A stretch of DNA of 32,000 nt, taken from NCBI RefSeq assembly GCF_000014265.1, contig NC_008312.1, positions 240,001-272,000 of the forward strand, in the 5' to 3' direction. The stretch is from Trichodesmium erythraeum IMS101. Lineage in GTDB: Bacteria > Cyanobacteriota > Cyanobacteriia > Cyanobacteriales > Microcoleaceae. The notes beneath the pieces were generated by a model. It was not told the origin of the DNA. It made no database searches and saw only the letters and a program-made list of their open reading frames with translations. How positions within the stretch are numbered: position 1 is the first letter of the stretch; every line of letters begins with the position of its first letter. The translations under genes and the position numbers were made by a program. Shown piece by piece: positions 11,184-19,769 of the stretch.

Positions 11184-11220
11184 TGAAGACGAGCAGACCT
11201 TATAAAGGATAACCGGAAAT

Positions 11221-11584
11221 TGGTTTGCTTAGTTTAACAGAATTACCCGACTTAGTTCAAGCTATTGTTGGTGGAAATACTCGTGTATTAGCCAAAACCC
11301 CAGGAGTAGGAGCAAAAACAGCAGAACGTATTACTTTAGAATTGAAAAATAAATTGGCCGAGTGGCGACAAGATGCAGGTTTAACTACATCAGTACCAGT
11401 GGGAGTTATGCCTGCTATTCAAGAAGAAGTAGAAATGACTTTGTTGGCTTTAGGATACACAGGTCAAGAAGTAATACAATCATTGCAAGCAGTTAGTAAA
11501 GATGCTAATATGTCCAAAAATACAAATGCAGAAGACTGGATTCGAGAAGCTATTAGTTGGTTGAGTCGTTCTACTCAACTGTAA
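11221..11584 (+). CDS. ruvA: RuvA, exon 2 (HhH domain II and C-terminal domain III)
   Basis: LPDLVQAIVGGNTRVLAKTPGVGAKTAERITLELKNKLAEWR followed by LLALGYTGQEVIQSLQAV is a typical RuvA domain II/III. There is no ATG; the track start is an artefactual TTG at 11225. Confidence 0.8.
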
Positions 11585-11671
11585 AAATTTCATATAGGTA
11601 TTTATAAGAATTAATTTATGTGATATAGTAACAGTTTGTAGTATTTTTTTAAAGGTTAATAAATAAAGTAT

Positions 11672-11941
11672 ATGGCTCTCAAACAACAGCGTAAACAAGA
11701 GATTATTGGTGAGTATCAAACTCATGAAACAGATACAGGTTCGGCAGATGTCCAAGTAGCAATGCTGACAGAAAAAATAACTAAATTAAGCGCTCATTTA
11801 AGAAATAATAAACAAGATTATTCATCCCAAAGAGGCTTGTTAAAGATGATTGGTAAACGTAAGCGTTTATTAACATACATTCAGAAGCAAAACCAGGAAC
11901 GTTATAAAGCATTAATTACTCGCCTTGGCATTAGAGGTTAA
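11672..11941 (+). CDS. rpsO: 30S ribosomal protein S15
   Basis: 89 aa containing [22 protein letters not shown]...[22 protein letters not shown]...[13 protein letters not shown]. Confidence 0.95.
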   Translation: MALKQQRKQEIIGEYQTHETDTGSADVQVAMLTEKITKLSAHLRNNKQDYSSQRGLLKMIGKRKRLLTYIQKQNQERYKALITRLGIRG

Positions 11942-11951
11942 AAATTAATTT

Positions 11952-12425
11952 ATGTCTTCAGAATCATCACGCAAACCCTTACCTTTTGAGCCTGCTAAAA
12001 GTCGGAAAAAGCAAGGTAAGAAATTATCTTCTTCACCAAAAACAAAGGTTACAGAAAAACAAAGTACTCCTAATCTAAGTCAAAAGAGTAAAAGAGTTAG
12101 AGCAGAAAGTTCTATTCCTGAAATAGTTAGTCGGAGGATGATTAGCCGTATGGTATTATTATCTGGAACACCTCTACTACTAGCTTTGTTAACTTTTGTT
12201 TTTGGCTATTTTATTATTATAAATGATCTGTTTACACTACCAAACCAAGTAATTTTGCTAGTTAGTATTAGTTTTTTTGGTTTAAGTGTTATTGGTTTGA
12301 GTTATGGTATTTTTTCAGCGTCTTGGGACGAAGATAAAAAAGGTAGCTTATTAGGTTTGCAAGAGCTAAAAACTAATTTTCAAAGGATGAAAGAAGCCTG
12401 GAAAGAAGCTAAATCAAAAAGCTAA
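11952..12425 (+). CDS. PAM68-like photosystem II assembly factor (DUF3464 family)
   Basis: The basic N-terminus has LPFEP. Two transmembrane helices follow (RMVLLSGTPLLLALLTFVFGYFII and VILLVSISFFGLSVIGLSYGIFSASWDED). Architecture and motifs match cyanobacterial PAM68 homologues as recalled. Confidence 0.7.
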   Translation: MSSESSRKPLPFEPAKSRKKQGKKLSSSPKTKVTEKQSTPNLSQKSKRVRAESSIPEIVSRRMISRMVLLSGTPLLLALLTFVFGYFIIINDLFTLPNQVILLVSISFFGLSVIGLSYGIFSASWDEDKKGSLLGLQELKTNFQRMKEAWKEAKSKS

Positions 12426-12639
12426 TTTCTTTCTATAATTTAGTAGTTATAGAGATGAAAATAAACTCATCTTATAATTCTAGTCCCAAACTTTATTTTA
12501 TGGTTTTTTGAGAAAAGCTAGACTATCATATCTACAGAGAAAACAGGGCTTTATATTAGATATCTCCAAAAATACTAATTTTTTTTGGAAGGTCATTCAG
12601 TGAGGGCTTAAGAACTTTTTGGTGGAGAAGTCTGTTGAT

Positions 12640-13960
12640 GATTCAAATTTGGTTGTAGACTTGTCCTCACTCTTTGTTAGTTTTGGAAGGAAAAGCCAAT
12701 ATTGATATCTGAGACACAACATATTAAGCTCTCGAGAATTAATTTCCCAGGATTACTCCAAATGATAGTCTATCTTTCTGCCTATGAAAAGTCTAAACCA
12801 GGAGAGAAGAAGTTTATTAATTCTAAGCTACAAAAACAGTTTATTACTCAAGCTAAAAAAATTAGGATAGAGAATGATTATCATGAGTTTATGTTATACC
12901 ATTCCAGTAATCTTTAAATAATTTCAACCAAGATTACCAAAACTTTTTTACATCAACCAAAGGTAAGAGGAAAGATAAATCTATCAAACTTCATCAATAC
13001 TTACTAAACTTAAAACCTTGAAGTCATGAGCTAGCTGCTAGATTTATAAAAAGGGGGGTTAAAGTTAGTCAATATAAAGTTTCTAGTATAGCTAAATTTG
13101 GCAATTTCAAAATATTTGGGTCTAGAGATTTACAAGGGTGAAGCATTATAATTAACTATTATTAAAGACTCTCCTAATAGATATTTATTAAGTTGTATAA
13201 GTAGAAATTAATCCAAAAACTTTACCTAAAACTAATGATTTAGTAGGTATAAGTTTTGGCGTTAAAACTTTTGCGAGGGTAGGGATATTGTATTAGGGCG
13301 TCTTTATATGTGGTAAAAAAATTGATTAAAAGTTAGCCTCTTTCAAAGGAGCTTTGAATGGCGAAAATTAAGTAAGTTATTCTGATAGAAAAACTAGAGA
13401 CTTTAAAGGATAGAAAAAGAGAGATAAAGGCTTGCTAAATTGAAGACAAAACTAAAAGATATTAGAAAATATTTTTGGCATAACATAAATTATCTACTAA
13501 AATAAAATACGAAAACTAAGTAATAGTTTTAGAGATATGATATGTTTCTGGAGTGATTAAAAATCGTAAATTATTCAGAGAAATTATTGATATACATTTG
13601 CAGATTTATATAAATACTTCTAGCTAGAAGGTAAAGCAGAAGAATACGGTATTAATTTTATAGTAATTAGTTGTTGAGATTCAATATCTCAAATTTTCTC
13701 ATGTTATGGTGTCTAAGGTGAAAAGTTAAACTTTCAGGTGCGAGAGAAGGTTTGGTTGTTACTCTATGACTTTAGGCCCGAAAGGATATTAATATTATAG
13801 AGATATAAACCGAAGTATAAATATTTTGATTGCGGGACTCCCAGTGACAATTTTTTGGAGTAGCCTTAAAAACTTCTGAAAGTAAATCTAGGAATATGGG
13901 TTCATTGAAGTAGAAAACTGCCTATCAGTAATGTTAAGGAATCATTTGCGGTTCCTAAAA
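12640..13960 (+). pseudogene. Decayed TnpB (IS200/IS605 OrfB / IS1341-type) gene
   Basis: - Frame-hopping similarity to TnpB runs along the whole length.
- KFGCRLVLT resembles YKFRLYP.
- IAKFGNFKIFGSRDLQG resembles lpKlG.vk..hR.l.G.
- LVGISFGVKTF resembles vGiDlGlk.fa.
- VIKNRKLFREIIDI resembles the ..kn.kLaksi.D segment.
- A C-terminal Zn-finger/RuvC-III-like remnant reads DFRPERILI...INILIAG.
- Many stops are present. No adjacent Y1 tnpA is seen. Ends are approximate. Confidence 0.55.
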
Positions 13961-14068
13961 CCAGTATTAAGAAAATTTTAATAAGAAATTACTAGGACTT
14001 TACTATTTCAACTGATAGTTAAGGTAACCTTATATTGAACTTATACCTATTTGAGTGCAAAAGTATAA

Positions 14069-15130
14069 ATGATAATAGTAACAAAAATCGGTTCTCCAGA
14101 AGTAGAGATAGATCGTCTTTGTCAGGAACTCAAAACTAATTGGGGTCTAACTCCAGAAAAAATTGTTGGGCGCTATAAAGTTGTTATTGGTTTAGTAGGA
14201 GATACTGCAGACCTGGATCCATTACAATTACAGGAAATGAGTCCTTGGATCGAACAGGTAATGCGGGTTGAACGTCCTTACAAACGAGCAAGTCTAGAGT
14301 TTCATAACGGAGAAGCTAGTACAGTAGTAGTATCTACTCCAGATGGACCTATACCTTTTGGCCTTCATCAAGATCTAGTTGTAGTTGCTGGACCCTGTTC
14401 GGTAGAAAATGAGCAAATGATTATAGAAACAGCTCAACGGGTGAAAGCTGCTGGTGCTAAGTTTTTGCGTGGAGGTGCTTATAAACCTCGTACTTCTCCT
14501 TATTCTTTTCAGGGACATGGTGAGAGTGCTTTAAATTTGTTGGCTGCGGCTAAAGAAAAAACTGGTCTGGGAATTATTACAGAAGTAATGGATGCTGCTG
14601 ACTTACCAAGGTTGACTGAAGTTGCGGATGTGGTGCAAGTAGGTGCCCGTAATATGCAAAACTTTTCTCTATTAAAAAAGGTCGGTGCTCAAGATAAACC
14701 AGTGCTTTTGAAGCGGGGAATGTCAGCTACTATTGAAGAGTGGCTAATGGCTGCAGAATATATTTTAGCAGCCGGAAATTCAAATGTAATTCTTTGTGAG
14801 CGCGGTGTTAGGACTTTTGATCGTCAGTATGCTCGTAATACTTTGGACTTGTCTGCAATACCAGTTTTGCGATCGCTGACTCATTTACCAATTATGATTG
14901 ACCCTAGTCATGGTACTGGTCGAGCTGAATATGTACCTGCAATGGCAATGGGAGCTATTGCTGCAGGAACAGATTCTCTAATGATTGAAGTCCATCCAAA
15001 TCCAGCAAAAGCTCTGTCAGATGGCCCACAATCTCTAACACCAGATAAGTTTGATACCTTAATGGAGGAAATGGCAGTTATTGGTAAAAGTGTTAAACGT
15101 TGGCCACAACCGGAACCAGCCATTGTATAG
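14069..15130 (+). CDS. aroF: 3-deoxy-7-phosphoheptulonate (DAHP) synthase, type I-beta with N-terminal regulatory domain
   Basis: 353 aa containing VVAGPCSVENEQM, KFLRGGAYKPRTSPYSFQG, VVQVGARNMQNF, LLKRG and IDPSHGTGR. An N-terminal ferredoxin-like extension of about 80 aa is present. Confidence 0.9.
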   Translation: MIIVTKIGSPEVEIDRLCQELKTNWGLTPEKIVGRYKVVIGLVGDTADLDPLQLQEMSPWIEQVMRVERPYKRASLEFHNGEASTVVVSTPDGPIPFGLHQDLVVVAGPCSVENEQMIIETAQRVKAAGAKFLRGGAYKPRTSPYSFQGHGESALNLLAAAKEKTGLGIITEVMDAADLPRLTEVADVVQVGARNMQNFSLLKKVGAQDKPVLLKRGMSATIEEWLMAAEYILAAGNSNVILCERGVRTFDRQYARNTLDLSAIPVLRSLTHLPIMIDPSHGTGRAEYVPAMAMGAIAAGTDSLMIEVHPNPAKALSDGPQSLTPDKFDTLMEEMAVIGKSVKRWPQPEPAIV

Positions 15131-16582
15131 CTTTGATTAAAAATTGATTGATTTTATCTGCAATACAGCCAAAAAATTAAATCTTGATTGACAATTATTA
15201 GTCAGTTAATAACCGAGGCGATATCAGAGTAAAGGTGCTTACAAGATTTTCTTTCTTGTAGACATTGAGAGATATCCCATCAGTAGATAACCCTCTACTT
15301 TGCATTACTAAGTATTTGGAATAAACTGATAGTATGGAAGCCGTAGAATTACAGCTAATTTCTCAAGCTTGGGGTACGTTTGTCATAGGTAAGATGCCTG
15401 TGTTACAAATATTTTATCTTTAATAAAAATTTTGTACTTTATATACTTGAAACCTACTATAAATTTCAAGCTTGTTAATGAATGGCGTGAAAGAGGATAT
15501 TTCGTAATTATTTAGTAGTTAGCTATCAGTTATATATGAAATTATGATAGTTGACTACTGTTACTATCTATGAATGTTAATAACTCAAGACTAAAGGGAA
15601 AACAGGTTCATTTAACATTGAAACTTAAACATAAACTATTTAAATTTGAGTTTTTACCTATTTTAAAGGTATCTTTACTACATCAAAATAAATTTTCTAC
15701 TTTTTCTAAGAGTAAAGATTCTCTCCTCAATAACTGTAACTTTGCTTTTTACCCATAATTTATAGGCGTTAACCTCAAAGTCTAATAATAGTAGATGATG
15801 ATTTTTAGAGATTATTTTAAATATCTACTTGCTGATTTTTTTTAAGATAAATTAGATACAGTTGACTGATGATTTTCAGCTTATTGATAATAGCTTCAAT
15901 TTTCTTTTGCTCTAAATTTTTAACTAGAGATTTTATAACTCCATTTTAATTTCAAATAATTATATATTGGGATGATTTTTGTTAAAAATAAATTCTGCCA
16001 ATTCCTGTCATGATTATCAAACGAACTCCGGTAGTTATTTGACAATTTTTGAGTATTTAAAGCTGTTATAGTTTGAAGATAAATAGTTTTAAAATAACTG
16101 GAGTAATAGATTTCCAAAACATGAAAATTAACTAGGTAATTGCCATAAAAACAACTTTAAAAACAAACATTTTTTTTATATCAAATCATCCTATTATTTA
16201 GATTAAATAAATAGTTTTTAATTCCCTTTTAGGATGCTTTTTGTATGAATAATTGTTCATAATATCTGGGATAATATTGAACAAATAGCTATAAGTAATT
16301 AGTTGCAATTCATTATAGTTTTCTTCTAAATAATTATTATGTTTTCTATTGCTATTATGATTTTTTTGCAACTTATAAATGTAGTTTATGGCTCATGAAT
16401 TAGGTAATTAATTTACATCAATAATATAAATAATTATAAGCAATTTGTATCAGCATACGTGAATATTATCACAGATATACGACTCTAATCCTAACTGATG
16501 ACATAGTTTATTTATCATAATAAATACTGCTAAAGTACACCATTATTTACTAGGAATAAACTTTATTTAGTTTTTTGAGAAA

Positions 16583-17716
16583 TCAGCTTTTAGAACTGTT
16601 CCGTAAAGATTGAGCATCCAAATATAATTGAGTCCATTCACTAATAACTTGATTAGTTTTTAGGTTTAACTCTTTAGCTATTTCCTCTAGAGTTGCACCT
16701 GACTTTAAAGCTTCAACTAAATGACGTTGTTGATGATTGAGATTTTGCCAATATTCTCGCCATTTACTAGGAGTCAAACCTAGGCTATTATCATTGAGAG
16801 AAATTTCTAGCCAACTAGCTATTAATTCTGGTTGTTGCTTGAGTGCAAAAACGCGAATTGCATGATAACTAACTTTTTCTCGTAGCCTATATATCTTTTG
16901 AACGGGGATATTTAAAGCTTTAGCAATTTCATACTGAGTATTGCCTCTAATATAAAGTCTTAGCCATTCTACGGCCTTTTGATCAACTTTTTCTGCTAAA
17001 TATTTCTCAAATTCTTCTAGGACTTTAGACCGAAGTTGATATTTTTCTATTGTTTCCCCATCGTTATACTCTGATGTGACCACAGTGTCCAAGAAGCTTA
17101 CTTTATCTTCGGTATCACCATAACTAATATCGTCTGAGATGAATTTTACCCATTCTTTGACAGGTACTTGAGTTAAACCACCTTTTTGAGTCCGACGTAG
17201 ATAATTAACAAATCTATAAACCAGTAAAGGTTGATTACGAATTGGTCTGACACAATACTCTTCTACACTGGCCAACAATAAAGAGTTTCGGAGATGGGGA
17301 TTTTTTGTACATTCGGCAATATTGGCCATTTGCTGTTGTAGGTAGCGATCGCTATTTAACATATCTTGGACTACTTCTTGGAGAACATCAATTGCACTTC
17401 GCTGGCGATCGCGACTAGTACTTACCCATGCTCGTATTTTTTCTCGCAGCATCACTAAACCACTCAAGCGCTGCATCAAGTTTTGATAAGCTTGTTCTGG
17501 TGAAGCTTCCAAATATCTTTGTCCTAGAATTCTATAAAGAAATTCTCTTCCTTGAGATGTTATTTCTTTTTGGACAGGAGTAAAGCTATCTAACTTATTA
17601 GAATCATTTCCCAATAGCCAACAAATAATACTATTGTGGACATCTGAGCTATGGTTTGGGTAGTCTTCTTGAAGTCTAGTTCTCCACTCTTGTGCCAGTG
17701 CTTCGGCGAAAGTCAT
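16583..17716 (-). CDS. HetZ-related protein (second HetZ-family paralogue)
   Basis: 377 aa, collinear with 62..1228. The two C-terminal HTH-like modules are the same type (NTQYEIAKALNIPVQKIYRLREKVSYHAIRVFA and TLEEIAKELNLKTNQVISEW) and are separated by LGLTPSKW. The central segment reads QPLLVYRFVNYLRRTQKGGLTQVP. Confidence 0.7.
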   Translation of the reverse strand: MTFAEALAQEWRTRLQEDYPNHSSDVHNSIICWLLGNDSNKLDSFTPVQKEITSQGREFLYRILGQRYLEASPEQAYQNLMQRLSGLVMLREKIRAWVSTSRDRQRSAIDVLQEVVQDMLNSDRYLQQQMANIAECTKNPHLRNSLLLASVEEYCVRPIRNQPLLVYRFVNYLRRTQKGGLTQVPVKEWVKFISDDISYGDTEDKVSFLDTVVTSEYNDGETIEKYQLRSKVLEEFEKYLAEKVDQKAVEWLRLYIRGNTQYEIAKALNIPVQKIYRLREKVSYHAIRVFALKQQPELIASWLEISLNDNSLGLTPSKWREYWQNLNHQQRHLVEALKSGATLEEIAKELNLKTNQVISEWTQLYLDAQSLRNSSKS

Positions 17717-17760
17717 TATATTTTTGATTCTAGATATTCAATTTTAGCTAATGGGCTAAT

Positions 17761-17780
17761 GGAGGGAGTTAACCTCTGCC
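17761..17780. promoter_or_regulatory. Candidate HetR-box-like partial palindrome upstream of the HetZ-related gene
   Basis: GGAGGGAGTTAACCTCTGCC lies 45-64 nt upstream of the start codon at 17716. It matches 12 of 17 positions of the recalled HetR inverted repeat GAGGGGTCTAACCCCTC and is centred on the palindrome GTTAAC. This is a weak call. Confidence 0.25.
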
Positions 17781-18357
17781 AAATTTTGCTAAAGTTGATA
17801 TTTTCAGTTATTTTACTAAGATCTTTGACTACTAATTTAATATATAGTTTCAGTTGATTGTGTAGAGAAAGTTTTTGTTTGAGTTAAGTATATTTATGCA
17901 GTGGGAAGTCAAAACTAGTAGGAGGTAAAAATTTTCTATTAATTTCTATCTCCAGTATGGGAATTTTTAAATGAGGGACATTTGATTTATCTATAAACTT
18001 AAGTTATAGGAATTATTAAGCAAAAAAATTTTATCAACTAAAATAATCTTAAATTTTACTTTTAATAACATAATCTAATATTGGTTAAATATACAACTTA
18101 TTTAATGAGAAATTTTTCAAGTCCTCAAGGTAATAAGCAAAAAATCTGGTCTCAAGCTTGCCCTTTTAAGTAAGACTTTTTCATTCTCCAAAACTAGTAA
18201 TTAATTAAAGCTTCTAGTGCTGCTAAACTCTAGAATAAATTTGTGTAGGTACTTATTCAAGTTTATTGAAAAAAAATCAGAATATATTCTTTCATTATTG
18301 CTCTTCTAACTGACTCATTTTTTAAAAGTTATATAACTAAAATTTAATCCTTTACCC

Positions 18358-19317
18358 ATGTCTAGAATTGTTACTTATAGTCCAGCTTATACAATAGTTC
18401 CTACTTATGAGTGTTTTAATAATTGCAGCTATTGTAATTTTCGCTCAGACCCCGGTAAAAGTTCTTGGTTGAGTCTATCAGAAGCAGAAAAACAATTATT
18501 ATCTCTCAAAAATAAAGGTACAATTGAAATATTAACTCTAAGTGGTGAAGTTCACCCGAATAGCAAATACAGAAAAGCTTGGTTTCAACTAATATATAAA
18601 TTATGTCAACTAGCTCTATCTTTAGGATTTTTACCCCATACTAATGTAGGGATACTTACTAGGTCAGAAATGGAGGAGTTGAAACAGGTAAATGTTTCAA
18701 TGGGATTAATGTTGGAACAGATAACACCTAAATTACTAAAAATAGTCCATAAAAATTCTCCTAGTAAAATACCACACTTACGTTTACAACAATTAGAATG
18801 GGCTGGGGAATTAAGAATTCCTTTTACTACTGGTTTATTGTTAGGAATTGGAGAGACTGTAACTGACTGGAAAGATACTTTAGAAGCAATTTCTAATATT
18901 CATCAAAAATGGGGTCATATTCAAGAAGTTATTATACAGCCATATAGTCCTGGTTCGGAAAATAAATGGGTTTCTGATGGTTTTAATGTCAATTTATTGC
19001 CAGAAGTTATAGCGATCGCTAATGAAGTTTTACCCTCAAATATTACTCTACAAATTCCTCCTAATTTAGTGAAAAAGCCAGAAATATTATTGGCTTGTTT
19101 GGAAAATGGTGCCCGAGATTTAGGAGGGATAGGACCTTTTGATGAAATTAATCCTGATTATCCTCATCCTCACTATCAAGCTTTAATAAAAGTTTTGGAG
19201 TCTAGAGGATGGCAGTTAACTAAAAGATTACCAGTCTATTCTAAATATGATGATTGGTTACCAATAAATTTAAAAAATATTGTAAGTGAATGGCGTATAA
19301 AATTATCTATATATTGA
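18358..19317 (+). CDS. cofG: 7,8-didemethyl-8-hydroxy-5-deazariboflavin (FO) synthase subunit CofG, radical SAM
   Basis: The N-terminus VTYSPAYTIVPTYECFNNCSYCNFR carries the CxxxCxxC radical SAM motif in the CofG-specific context. Length is 319 aa. Confidence 0.85.
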   Translation: MSRIVTYSPAYTIVPTYECFNNCSYCNFRSDPGKSSWLSLSEAEKQLLSLKNKGTIEILTLSGEVHPNSKYRKAWFQLIYKLCQLALSLGFLPHTNVGILTRSEMEELKQVNVSMGLMLEQITPKLLKIVHKNSPSKIPHLRLQQLEWAGELRIPFTTGLLLGIGETVTDWKDTLEAISNIHQKWGHIQEVIIQPYSPGSENKWVSDGFNVNLLPEVIAIANEVLPSNITLQIPPNLVKKPEILLACLENGARDLGGIGPFDEINPDYPHPHYQALIKVLESRGWQLTKRLPVYSKYDDWLPINLKNIVSEWRIKLSIY

Positions 19318-19412
19318 TAGTTTTTAATTTGTTTAAAAGTGGAAATAATTAAGTTTTGCTTGAACTTTCTTCTTTAAAGGCAGGAAATTAGGACGGGTGA
19401 AGCTAAATCTTG

Positions 19413-19507
19413 ATTTTGAAGTTTCAATATGTCCCAGAGACAAGGTTATCGGTTAACCTAATTTGAAGTTTCAATATGTCCCAGAGATAAGGTTATCGGT
19501 TAACCTA
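19413..19507 (+). repeat. Tandem direct repeat, 2 x about 47 nt
   Basis: ATTT(T)GAAGTTTCAATATGTCCCAGAGA(C/T)AAGGTTATCGGTTAACCTA occurs twice head to tail, differing by one indel and one substitution. Each unit contains the hairpin AGGTTA-TCGGT-TAACCT. The repeat lies about 260 nt upstream of the protease-GUN4 gene. Confidence 0.9.
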
Positions 19508-19769
19508 TATAAGTAAATTTAACAAGGTTTGTATTTGAATTTTTAGCTAACTATTGTTCCTCATAATGGTTAGAGGTAGAAATAAAAACCTATAGACTTG
19601 TTGAACAATCCTTACTTGACAAATAAAAGGATATATTTTAGAATTTACTGAATTATTTGTGGTTTAGATAACTCTTAAGCCTCTGCCTAACAATCAAAAA
19701 TACAAATGGTTGTAGGTAAAATCAAAAAACAATTAACCTTTAACTTTTGCCCCTTTCTTTTTTATAAAG

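Larger units (their letters stand above)
9145..11220 (+). mobile_element. Group II intron inserted in ruvA (about 2076 nt)
   Basis: - 5' end GTGCGAC at 9145.
- Canonical domain V, GAGCCGTGATGAGGTGAAAGTCTCACGTCCGGTTC, at 11149-11183.
- The intron ends in AT at 11220.
- Candidate EBS1 AGAGTAT at 9599-9605 is the exact complement of the last 7 exon-1 nt, ATACTCT (9138-9144).
- RT, X and HNH remnants lie internally.
- Joining 9144 to 11221 restores ...ALLDTLGLLSLTELPDLVQAIV... in frame.
- The 3' boundary is uncertain; in-frame alternatives are 11224, 11227 and 11230. Confidence 0.85.

Noticed and set aside
12702-12917. 71-aa ORF as an independent gene
   Set aside because: It reads as the N-terminal piece of the decayed TnpB frame that continues in other frames downstream. 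It is included in the pseudogene call.
15570-16117. ORFs 15570..15758 and 15920..16117, plus 11480..11755 and 17651..17857
   Set aside because: These are low-complexity, Lys/Asn/Ile/Phe-rich translations of AT-rich spacer, or overlap known gene ends. They have no start context or motifs.
19413-19507. Possible CRISPR array (units start GTTTCAAT..., about 37-nt core)
   Set aside because: There are only two units, separated by about 10 nt, so no spacers exist. No cas genes or leader are present in the window.
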